Assembly (NCBI GenBank): GCA_030265395.1
Contig: JARFYF010000118.1
Coordinates: 25,876,630-25,940,629 of the forward strand
Direction of reading: 5' to 3'
DNA: 64,000 bases
Source: Rhina ancylostomus
Lineage: Eukaryota
The position numbers and the translations under genes were made by a program. The notes under the pieces are model-generated. The model did no database searches. It saw only the letters and a program-made list of their open reading frames with translations, and was not told the origin of the DNA. Each line of letters opens with the position of its first letter. Within the stretch, counting starts at the first letter, position 1. Shown piece by piece: positions 1 to 11,676 of this stretch.

Positions 1-796
1 TATTACAAATCTCGCCAACTAATCTCTGTCTGCCCCAAAACCTATTCTCTGTACAGTCAAAGACTTTCTCTTATTTCCTTCCTTCATGCCAGCTAATTCA
101 TAAGTAATGTTAATGGGATGTTTTCAACCTCAGCTAGAGGGGCTGCACTTCATTATTGATGTATTCTTTGGACTGCTGTTGGTCTGTTTCAGACATGAAA
201 TTAATCTGCTTGACAGCAGTAAATAACTTTAACTGACCATTTTTAGTATTTTCTTTATGATCAATCTCTTATCCTGATTTCTTTTCACTTCTCTTTTGCA
301 ATGAAAACGCTCACTGTTGCTAGAGTATGGTTTCACCAGAGCTAACCACCTTCTGACATTTCGCCAAAGTGGCCACACTGCACGGGAATCTTGTCAGGCT
401 ATTCTACCACAGAGGGCCCCACAACCACACCCCTTACCCCATACTCCCCCAACAACCACAGAGGCATACACAGCAGCAGGGAGTCACTTAATTGCAGTAA
501 GAAGCCCTGGCTGTTTCCTTATTCTTCCCTGCTCAAGACTGCTGAATCCAACTGCTGCATCATGCCTTTCGCTCTGTCTCAGATTGGTGGCACAAAGGGA
601 TTACAGGTTGTATATCAATCCTTTGTCCTCTCTCAGCCAAAAGGCTCAGCACAGGACCAGTGATGTTTTTACTATCGGTACTTGCTTTTAATTTCAATTC
701 TTTTTTTCAGAATGCTCCCTGGCTGTACACATGCTGCATTTATTGCCCAAACTAGTTTACCTGAGAGGGTTAAAAGGTGTGGAACCTGAGTCATGT

Positions 797-940
797 AATT
801 CCAAAAAAAACTGCAGATGCTAGAAATCTGAAATAAAAATGTTGGAAACACTCGGCGGGTCAGGCAACATCTGCAGAAAGAGGAACAGAGTTAATGTTTC
901 TGGACATAGACTCCTTGCTAGGTCTTTCTGCTTTTATGAT
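797..940 (-). mobile_element. Penelope-derived short repeat with 11-bp TSD
   Basis: ctgcagatgctagaaatctgaaataaaa...gggtcaggcaacatctgcagaaagaggaacagagttaatgtttc, flanked by ctgagtcatgt at 786-796 and 941-951. Confidence 0.7.
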
Positions 941-1904
941 CTGAGTCATGTGTTGGTCAAGCAATATTAAGGCAAATCCCATGATTCCAACACATTCTAT
1001 TCCTGCCCTATATAGTTCCCTGGAATAGGCTTTGAGTCTGTTTGGTGTCAGCAGTAAACAAATCTGTGGGCATCCAAAAGTATTCAAATGAGGTTCTGAA
1101 TCCAAGCCCTGGGTTGCAATTTGGCTGCAGCATCCGATTACATTGCAAAATTTCTTCTTCTGAAGTTAAAAAAAAGGAACAAGGATATTAAAGTTGAAGA
1201 TTGGGTTAAATAAAGAATAATTAGAAAAGAAAATCTAATCTTCTTAATCTCACTAAAAGGAACTGGTACAACCCAACCTTCACTGAAAACACATGTTCTA
1301 AAGAATGTTGCTTAGTCTGACAATATCACTGTGACCCCCCCCCCATAATTTTCCTGATCTATTCTTTTTGTGATTTTACCTTTTGCTCCCTCCTTGCTTT
1401 GGAAAGGGGAAGTAACAAAATACAAGACTGAGGAGCTTGCAACCCTTTCTGTCTGGTCTGCCGTTCAGTGAGGCTACAGATGATCTGTATACGGTCCAAA
1501 TGGAAAGGAAATAACGGGAAACTGGAAGCATGGCCAGAAAGCAGGAATTTAAGAAAGTTAAGGCATGTAGAAAAGGAAGGAATTCCAGAAAGCAGGAACA
1601 AATGGCGAGATCAAACAGTGAGGAGACACCGGTATTAAAAGGACAGAGAGCATATGAGAAGGGAATCACACAAGAGAAAAAAATGGCGATCAAATTCATC
1701 AGTTCACTTATGTAGTTGTTGCTGGTTTCAAATAACTTTTATTTAAATAGCTCATCCAAGAAACAAACTGTGTATATCCATATGTGTATACATGTTGGAG
1801 TCATGTATTGTGTTAAGAGCTCAATTCTACAGCGATCATAGGCCAAAATGCCAAATGAGTTAATGACTGGCCAATGTGAAACAATTAGAAATCATTTCCA
1901 TTCA

Positions 1905-2335
1905 AGACATGATTAAGGAGACGATTAAGCTAGAGAGAGTGCAGAAAAGATTCACAAGAGTGTTACCTGGGTCGGAGGGCAGGAGTTATCAGGAAAGATT
2001 GGATAGGCTGGGTTTGTTTTCCTTGAAGCAAAGGTGGAACAGAGGTATATAACATTATGAGAGGCAATAGATAGGGCAGGTAACTAATGTCTGTTTCCCA
2101 TGCTAGGGGTGTCTAAAACTAGAGGCCATTGATTTAAGGCAAGCCTGAAGAGGTTTAAAGGGGATCTGAGGGGTAACTTTTTTTCACACAAAGAGCAGTT
2201 GGTATCCGGAAGGAGCTGCCAGAGGGAGTGATGGAGGCAGGACTTAAATGAGCAGGGTACAGAGGGATATGGAATTGATGCAAGTAGGATTATTATAGAT
2301 AGGCATGAAGGTTGGCATGGGTGCTTTTCAACTGT
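1905..2335 (+). mobile_element. CR1/HER1-type LINE 3' fragment
   Basis: agagagagtgcagaaaagattcacaagagtgttacctgg (ERVQKRFTRVLP) plus the typical CR1 3' region ggtttaaaggggatctgaggggtaactttttttcacaca. Confidence 0.85.
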
Positions 2336-3164
2336 CTGACTCTATGACAAATCAACAAGCACAGGCATTGGAAAAGCATCCTGTCAGATTTTCACCAAGG
2401 TGGCTGACATGTAGTCGGAAATTGCATCAAAGTGACTCATTTAAACCGATTGATCAATTTTGCCATGCTGCCATTTCACTTGACTCAATGCAAAAATAAT
2501 AATAAACATAAAAGAAAAGCAGGATTCTACAAAAGCAAACCACTCGTTTACCAATAAAAGTGGTTAAGGGATAGTTCTCTGATGGCGATAGACTATGTGT
2601 TTCCAATGCAAATTGAAAAATTCTGGGAAAAGTTGCAATAAATGTTCCTTGAGCAAGGCGTGCCCATCTGTCTGGAGCCTGGGGCTTAAGTTTTTCTTCA
2701 GTCTCAAGAGGAGGAAATTTCACACAAGGTCTGCTGGCAAATTCTGGGTGTGTGCAGCGGAGCAAGATCATGTGAGTAATAATTTTTTACTTTTGTTCTT
2801 GTGAACTGCAATACCCAGAAATGTTCTTTGACAGCCAAGCAGAACATTTACAAATGGCAACTGGCAATTTTTTTCCAGAGCGCTAATTTAGTCTAGATCT
2901 TAACTAAAATTATATTCATGCAGTGTAGTTGAAAACAGATTATAAACAAAAAAATACACGGCAGGTCAGGCAGAATTGAAGGAGAATGAAACAAAATTTA
3001 TGAATGTTAATGACGAGAATGAGAATAAAGTTAGAGATAATGTGATGTTCATGATGAAGAGAAANNNNNNNNNNNNNNNNNNNNNNNNNNNNNNNNNNNN
3101 NNNNNNNNNNNNNNNNNNNNNNNNNNNNNNNNNNNNNNNNNNNNNNNNNNNNNNNNNNNNNNNN

Positions 3165-3441
3165 AAATTTTTTCAGCCAGAGGATAGTGAATTTATGGAA
3201 TTCCTTGCCACGTACAGCAGTGGAGGCCAGATCACTGGGGATATTTAAAGAGGAGATAGACAGATATCTAGTTAGTCAAGGTATCAAGGGATATAGGGAT
3301 AAGGCCAGAAATTGGGGTTAATTTTTTTTCCCTCTTGACTCTCTCCCCACTTCTCCTTTCTCATTTCTTTTTCCCTTTTCCCTGGAGCAGACTTGATGGG
3401 CCGAATGGCCTACTTCTGCTCCCTTATCTTGTGATCTTGTG
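3165..3441 (+). mobile_element. CR1 3' end with (tcttgtga)n tail, inserted into the Penelope remnant
   Basis: gatgggccgaatggcctacttctgctcccttatcttgtgatcttgtga terminal hairpin and 8-mer tail. Confidence 0.8.
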
Positions 3442-3599
3442 AAAATGATGAGAGGAAAGAACAAAAAGGTCTAGAATAGCCTGGGGAAATTAAATGGAAA
3501 AAGAAATGACGGAGGAAGATGAAAGTAGATGGTAATGAGATAAACAAAGAAGCAAAAGAATGGTGCAGTGTTAGTCTAACTGGGAACAGCAGAACTATT

Positions 3600-4400
3600 A
3601 GCAGAAATTGTTGAACTCAGCATTGAATCCAGAAGGTTGTGATTTGCCTACGTAAAAGATGAGGTGCCATCCCTCAAATTTATGTTATGCTTTATCAGAA
3701 GAGGATGAGGCCAAGAGCAAAGAGTCCAAGTAAAGAATACAAGCACTAACTAAAGTGAGTGAGAATCAGAATCTCAGGGTAATGCCCATGGACTGAAAAG
3801 GATAAAAGCAGAAAATGCTAAAATACTCAGTAGTTTCGGCAGCATCTGCGGAAAGGGAAACAGAGTTATGTTTTCAAGTTGGAGAACCTTTATCAGAACG
3901 GGGCAAGTGATCAGTGACTGTCTTACCCAGTATAGGAGGGATTGCATTATAATCATCAAATATAGGAGGACAAATTGAAAGAAGTACTAGCAAAGTGGTG
4001 ATTCATATGAGTGTCTAAGGCCCTGGAAAGGGGGGTGGGGGTGGGGTAAGAAATTGTTGAAGGAAGGGCAGATGATGCATCTTTATGTGAAGATCCTCTG
4101 GAAAGGGGTAATGTGTTTGGAGTGACAGAGGATTGGACTATGGCATTGTGGAGGGAAAGGCTTGTTTGAAATGCTGAAAGGGGAGTGGAGCTGAAGATGT
4201 GTACGGTATTAATGGTAGTGTTGCCAGAGTGAGAGGAATTGTTGAACCTAAAGGCTGGTGGGTTTGAAGATGAGGGCATATAGAAATGATGAATGTGAGG
4301 AAAAGTGAAAATGTGGGAAATAGAAAACCCATAGTTGAGGTCCCTATCAACTGTGGTGGAGGGGAATTTTCAATTGAGGAAAAAGGAAGGCATAATGGAA
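3600..4400 (-). mobile_element. Degenerate Penelope-like element ORF remnant (linker and GIY-YIG endonuclease C-terminus)
   Basis: Minus-strand pieces HIFSSTPLSAFQTSLSLHNAIVQSS, HHFASTSFNLSSYI and KFEGWHLIFYVGKSQPSGFNAEFNNF resemble recalled PLE motifs HIFPSPPLSAFRRDRSLRDSLVHSS, HFTC.S..VYCI and RLEEQHLIFRLG.LQP.G.N..F.NF. A pLTR-like end lies at ~2930-3060. Confidence 0.7.
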
Positions 4401-6209
4401 GCTCCTTAAAATGGTTTACAGCACATGAAGCACTTTTGAAGATCATTGATCTGATGCAGGAAAAAGGGCAGCCAATTTTGTCACAACAATCTCCAATAAA
4501 CTGTAATATGATAAAGCCCACATGATCTGCTTAATGTGTGTTGACTAAGGGATAACTAATGGCTGGGAAACAAGGGTAGCTCATTTCTCTTTCTTGAATT
4601 AGTGATACATTTTCAGGTATTTCCACATAGAGCCTAGATTTTTATGCTCAAGTCTTTGGAGTGGGATGCCTTTAAATTAAAATAAAACACAGGTCTCAAA
4701 ACTAGTTGTAACAAGAAAGTGCTCCTCCCCAATTTCTCTTCCATTTTTCAACTTTCTGAGTTTGCTCAAATCCCCTCTCTGAACTTAAGAAAGAAAAATC
4801 AGCAAAATCATTGAGCAGTGTATAGCTATGCAGGAGGTATCTTTAAGGAGTAGCTTGTATTTATGACTCTTGATTCAAGTTATCTTTATGACACTATAAT
4901 TTTGTGAGTATAATCACCTTTTTTCAATAGGGGAGGAGTGACCATGTTGCACTTTAAGGAAGGTCATCGGATTTTGAAGGGAAGGTTGCCACAAATATTG
5001 TAGAGATGGTGGCCTTGTTCAAAATTATAACATCATAAAGATAACTTCCACAGTTGTTGCTCTTTCATAAATCCAGCAAATTTTGGACAATTTTTAATAT
5101 TAAAATGCAGATTAAACAAATTTTGAGATCTGTAGCTGTGGCATTGTCATCTTCTTGAATTAAGATCTAATTACATCAAAAAATAGTTGCAATATTGCTG
5201 CCCATACTCTCTATTGTTATCTGAACATTATCGATGTTTAAGTGCAAAATTAGAATTGAATGCATTAGCCTTTACCCCTAATTCTTTGATTGGGGATACC
5301 ACTAAATGAGATTCACACCTGGAATGCAATCTCCAATCTTCAGTGAAGAAGATTATATCTGATCACATGTATGAAGTCACCACTTCTGATTCCTCTAACA
5401 TGATATCTCTGGATGAGAATAAATCAACACCAAACACAAGACTAGGAGTCTGATCTCATGTGATCATCACATTTAGTTGTTACCATTTTAGCAATTCTTG
5501 TGGCAGATTTAATTGACATATTGATTGGATGCTAATTGCAGTTGATTTTTTTGTTAACCTGGCAACTGCTTGACTGGTGACTCCTCAGGGATTACCCCAA
5601 AGTTAGAAAAGCCATTAAAAAATATTGCTTTTTTCTCTCCCTTCATCTATCTTGAAGAATGTTTTGTTGCAATTTTTTATTGCAAGGTGGAGTGTGGCTG
5701 ATATGTGGAGTGTGATGTGTGGTACATGACATGGTGTGGTGTGCTACATGATGTGTGGTGTGCCATTTGGCATGTGATAGGAATAAAATAGGTTATGTGT
5801 GATACACAAAAATAACATGCAGCTTGTGAGGTGCTGACGGTTCACAATCATGTAAAAATGAGATGTCATGGTAGAATACATGCAAAGATATTAGGCCACA
5901 TTATTACCATGAACCCCAAGCTCACAAGCAAGCAAAAGAGTCACTTCCAAGCTTTTAGAAATCAAATTGATTTAAATGTTACAGCATAATGCAAAATGCT
6001 CAGAGTTGTACAGACCTATGTCCCATTTGGAAGAAAACAATACTACTACTTCTCTGGATCACCATGCATTCCCAATCCCTCCCTCCCTAAAGCCTCTGCA
6101 GCATCACTAAATCCCTTGGACATGCACTGCAACATTCCTTATCCCTAACCGTGGAACAAAAGTTCATTATTTCACCACATGAAAGGTTGATGCTTCAGAC
6201 TCACTATCC

Positions 6210-6460
6210 TTGAAGACAAAAGAGATGGCAGATGCCGGAATCTGGAAAAAGAAAAACAGAATGCTGGAAGAAGTCAATGAGTCAAGTAGCATCCGTGGAG
6301 GCAAAAGGTATATGTTTACATTTTGAGTCAAGACCCTCTGAGAGGGGAGAAGAAGGATTGCCACCTATTGCAGTATAAGGGGATGCTCAGCATCTTCAAC
6401 CCCGCCCCCACCTCATCTGGTTTCACCTATCACCTACCAGTCTCATTCCTCTTCAGCTGT
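6210..6460. mobile_element. Penelope-derived pLTR fragments in inverted arrangement
   Basis: gcagatgccggaatctgga...agcatccgtggagg...gagtcaagaccctc (minus) followed by catctggtttcacctatcacctaccag (plus). Both parts are homologous to 32600-32790. Confidence 0.6.
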
Positions 6461-6771
6461 TTTTTGTTGGCTATCCTCAAAACCCTTCTGGGTGAACCTG
6501 GTTTTGAAGAGCCCTGAATCGTGAGTATGATGTTGGCTCAGATGCAAATTGTTGATGGCCGTAAAGAGCTAGAAGAGGAATATCCATCTCATGTACTCTC
6601 TGAGAAGTTGAAAATGTCATAATTTTCTCTCTCTCAGTCATCTCTCTCCCACCCAATCTACACATGATGCCTTTTCCTGATCTTTAACTGCCATATTTGA
6701 GTTTCCTTGCCATGCCAAATGCAAAACCTTCTCCCATTTTTACATCTTACAGGCTTAAAATGAGAAGGATG

Positions 6772-6813
6772 AAGACAAAACACATTTGAAAAATAATTCA
6801 CACTTCATTTATT
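6772..6813 (-). terminator. Candidate distal polyadenylation site of wnt9a
   Basis: Minus-strand AATAAA (6813-6808), a CA about 20 nt downstream (6788-6787), then GU-rich tgtgttttgtctt (6785-6772). Three UGUA motifs lie within ~100 nt upstream. Confidence 0.5.
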
Positions 6814-9800
6814 TCCAAAATTCTCTTGCTTTTGTTATACCAAGGTGTTAAATAATTTAAATACATCCTCCACAGTCACTCTGAAGAATCAGTACATTAC
6901 CTACAAGCTATGCACATGAGGTAGAAACAAATAATTTAGGCTCCATTAGACTCTGAGAGAGAAAAAAAAACACACACACACATAACCTGGGTATGTTAGT
7001 ATCAGGAATGCAATGGCTACATTTATTTTTCTTTTTCCAGTTTTCAGCTAGTTTAATTTGCACTCTGTGTAGCAAAGGGCTCCTGCAATCCCAGTCTGAT
7101 GTTGTAAGCACTTCATCGTGACTGATTGAGTTATATATCACAATTAACGCTGTAGTACGAAAGAAATACTGCATTGTCAGGGATCATCATCTGGATGTTA
7201 GAAAGATTCCATTGCACTATTTTAAAGAGACTACAGAGCTCTCAAAAGGCAGTTGACATTCAACTTATTAACATTTATTCAAAATGGCTGCTATGCCTGA
7301 CTCATAATAACAGTGACTGTAATTCAAAGCAATTCATTATAACTATATCTAACTCATCAAGGCTTCTTCAACAGCATCTGTCAAAACAAATGAGCTCCAC
7401 AGTCCAGAAGTAGGTCAGCAGGTGCATTGGAACATCATTAACCGTTCTATCACCTGCTAACAACATAAAGGGAATACTGTCACCACATGGAGTGATTCAA
7501 GGCAACACATCATCAACTTCTCAAAGCTATTATTTATCAAAACTACAATTTATGCTCACACCCCAAGCCTGAATTGTTAAGTATGTGCAATCCTTTTGCA
7601 ATTTGAAATGTTCCATTGGAGACATAAATTTAGCTCTAGTCAGTAGCACTACACAACTAAATAGTAATTGTAATATATTTACTTCTGTCTCCAAAATCCA
7701 GAATTGAATTTTTGAAGCAGAGTACAATGCACTCTTAGTCATGCATAGTACATTTATTGCTACCAACTGGGGAAAAGTTTCTTGGCAAGTGATTTCAGCA
7801 CGTCTTCTACTTGTCAAGGCACTCTCCATATGAGAACATTGTCAAGATGAAGCTGGCTTATTATTCTGATACATATTGGCATGACCCATTAGAACAAACT
7901 GTACTCAATGTAACTTACCCATTTAACAAATATTGGGGTGGGGGCAATTTCACTGGCCAATTTAAAAGTTGCCCCATTTTATCAGTGCTTCACACCTCAT
8001 TGGATTGGGTGATTTCATCAGAAAAACTGCCAACAGTTCCCTTTCACTTGAATCTAATCATATTTTTCTTTACAATAATTGCAACAGTAGCACTCACAAT
8101 ATTGATGATATTTTATTTCAGTTTAGTTAATATTTTATTTCAGGGTGGCCTCACTCTTTGTAGTTTCTGTTAAACCATATAGCCAAGTGATCTGTTGCTT
8201 AATGAATGAAGCAAATTATGGTTTGAGAATGGAGAAACATGGGAATATTGACTGCAATGGAATTAAAATTGTGCCCAGTCCCACATTTTTCCTCTATCAT
8301 CAGAAACCTAAATATGCTGGTGATAAAAGAGACTGCTGATGCTGGAGTCTAGAATAATAATATTTGGAACTCTTCAGTTCATTCGAAGCATTGATGACAA
8401 ACTAATGAAATCCAAAAACAGTTAAGCCAGTATCTGATAAGTTAGGCTCTTCTATTTTTACTGAACCAGAACCCTTCCCTAAGAACCAACATTTTATTCA
8501 GCCACTGGTCTTTTTATTTTGCCTCACATGCTTGACCAAAGCAAGTTAGGGGTGCTCATCTAATGGCCACCCCAAGTTAAGGTGCTTGAGATGGTGGAGT
8601 ATCAGAGGGTGGGTGTTGAGATACTCAGGTCAAGNNNNNNNNNNNNNNNNNNNNNNNNNNNNNNNNNNNNNNNNNNNNNNNNNNNNNNNNNNNNNNNNNN
8701 NNNNNNNNNNNNNNNNNNNNNNNNNNNNNNNNNNTGAGATACTCAGGTCAAGCAATTAATGGCATGTTGGGAACTGAACATGAAACTGGCCTGGAAGGAG
8801 AAAGACTGCAACCATTGCATTCCTAATTAATGTCAATATAAAGTATATGTGCCACACTAACTGAGACGTATTAATACCACAGGAGAACAGGAGAAAAATC
8901 AGTATTTACAATTTACAAGAGCAAAATATATCCACATTAAATAGTATATACTTAAATAATTACAGAAAGCATCCAGGTTCAGTGCGAGAAACTGCTTTAA
9001 AGTCAGGCAACAACCCTCATTCTCCTTCACCAGCATCACAAACATACCTCCACTCAAACATGCACATCCTCACCCATACACCACACATAGACAATAAAAC
9101 TGGATCTCCATCTACTCCCTCCTGGTTCGGGGTGAAACCATATAATGTCATGTAAGCATATTAATTCATTATCCTTTAGAAATTCCTCTTTCAATGAAGG
9201 AGTTAAGCTGTTTTGCAGGTAAGTGGCACAATAATTAATCTAGCAGCCACACTTGCATCCTTACAGTGCAGAAATATCTCAACACACTCAACATTCAGAA
9301 GTCAAAAAGCAATGGGCATTGAACATTGGGGGAAAAGTGAAAAGAACTTGGAGTGATGTGGTATAATCAGAGAATCACAGGGAGTTTTATTTTAAAACAG
9401 TGATTTGAGTGGCAGGGCTAATGGAGTCTGGCTGGTGGAGGAGAATGCATGTGCGGAGGAGATAAACCCCATTGAGTGTGGGAGTGTAGAAGAAAATCAC
9501 TAGGATATGTGGGAGCGAGACCCAGGGTGTTTCTGAAAGCAAAGCAAATATTTTAAATGCTGCTTACTTGGGAGTGAGGAGCCTGTTGAGCTCGGGGAGG
9601 ATGAGGGTGTTGGAAATGCAAAACAAAGCCATTTTGTACAAACACTTTAACCCTCACACAATGAGATTTCACTTCAGCTATACCAAAGGAAAGGATCTAA
9701 ACTGCAATGCATATTTGAGAATTAATATTTACATGAACACTCTATCCAACTGTGATTCAAATTTGATTAAAATAATCCTGCGTAAAAAGTTTTATGCTAT

Positions 9801-11627
9801 ACATTTAATTATTTTATCCTTTTCTTATAACATCTTTTAAAAACACTTTTTTGCCTGTCATTCTTCATAATTTTCCCTAATATACAAATAAAGTCACAAC
9901 ACCTTGATTGGCTCAGTGGGTAAATGCATTGCCCTGCTTCCATGCTATTGTTAACTCCAGTTTTGATTATTCCAAATCTTTCCTGGCTAGCTTTCCATCT
10001 TCCATAAACTTAAGCTTAACCAAACCTGTATTCTAATTTGCAACAAATCCTGTTCAACTTCCAATAGTCTTAACCCTCCTAGCTGTAACCATCTCCAGCT
10101 CTCTAAGAACTCTGGGCCACAAATGCTGAAACTCTTTCCAAGACCCTTTATGCCTCTCAAGCTCCCGTTCCTAAAACTGTTCATGTGACGAACTTTTGAT
10201 TCACCTCCTCTAATACCTTTTAATTTAGTTNNNNNNNNNNNNNNNNNNNNNNNNNNNNGAGACATTTTCTGACATGAAAGGAGCAATATGTGCACTTTGT
10301 GTTTACTAAGCCATGTAGATCAGAAAAATCCTAGGTTCAGTTGTTCTCAGTACTTGGAGTGCTACAGTTGGCCTCAATGCCCTGGGTGACCAAAGGAACA
10401 ACACCATTCTAGGACTTTGTATCTTGTTATGGTCTCACTTGGTGAGGACATAGTCTTCAATTGTTATGGAGCTCTCCTGAGGACATGATTTCTTCCAATT
10501 GCAAGACATGACTGCCAACAGTGGGACCAAAAAGACAAGAGGGTAGGGCCATGCCAGGATAAGATGAACTGCAGGAAAATCTACTCCACTGAGCTGGGTA
10601 GAACTGCAGACTACATCCTACTCCAATGAAAATATAGTGTATGGAAGAGTTCCACAGGGATCTTGCCAGAACTTCAAACAACACTTTTTATGGACAATAA
10701 TAACTGACTGAATGGTCCCATCATCATGGGTGATATAGTTCTAGCAATCTGAGAACCTCCACAAAGTGAAAATTGAGTCTCCTTTAAAATGTGCATAACC
10801 AAACCTGAAGGCATTAGATGCAACAGTGTACTATTAGATCTACAAACTGAGTGGCACTATAAACTCTTTCACACCTTTTTGGATTGAATGGTTCAATGAA
10901 CTAATTCAGATTGAAACAGAACTAATTCCTCCAAAACTAGATCGATAATGACGTCACATAATCTGCCTGATTTTCCATCCATTTGCTACAGTCTAAATCT
11001 CCAAAGCTCCTGCCTCCCAGATGTTCTACCATGAACACCTGTCAGTTATTTGATGATTAAGCAATAAGATGCAACTTGTTCCTTAATTTTTAAATGTAAA
11101 TGATACCACCGTACTAATTTGCATTCTAGCTTATATGTCAACCGGTTAGCTATAAACTCATTTATAATGATACTTCTTTTGATGAACACAAGTATATAAT
11201 ATCTTTCAGAAGTGCCAGTCTCATCACATTAGAAAAGGGTCATTTACTAAAGCATCAGAAAAGCTTTTTCAAAGTTTCTAATGAAATATCTATATTTTTT
11301 ATTTAATCGTTGCTTTTGTGTTTGTTTTATATTTTTCATTATTTGTTCAGTTGAGTTGGAAAAAGATTTCCTTCGTTCATTGAGAGTTAGAGATAGCTTA
11401 AATCTATTGGAAAGATTTTCTGTGATCTCTAAGTTTGTGGCTTTGCCAGAAATGGCAGGTGTCTGCAAATCTTCCTGTTCGATTTACAATTTCATTAACA
11501 CACAGTAAGTGACCTAAAGCAACCATTGCCTTACGTGTCTTCTCAGGATAATCAAACCCAATTTTCCACTCATGCAATTGAGCACACTTACACATACAGT
11601 CATTGCACCCCATCCCTCCCACTAACA

Positions 11628-11676
11628 TTAATATATTTTATATTTATATATATAATATATATTTATATATATTTAT
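11628..11676. repeat. AT-rich (TA)n microsatellite-like tract
   Basis: atatattttatatttatatatataatatatatttatatatatttat. Confidence 0.85.

Noticed and set aside
317-691. 124-aa ORF and the many other 60-160 aa ORFs (e.g. 14148-14564, 43096-43584)
   Set aside because: No recognisable domains or splice context, and many start at non-ATG codons. Such ORFs are expected by chance in AT-rich vertebrate DNA.
8617-8752. 18-bp direct repeat tgagatactcaggtcaag flanking 100 N
   Set aside because: Most simply a contig overlap across a placeholder gap, like the one in exon 4, rather than a TSD.
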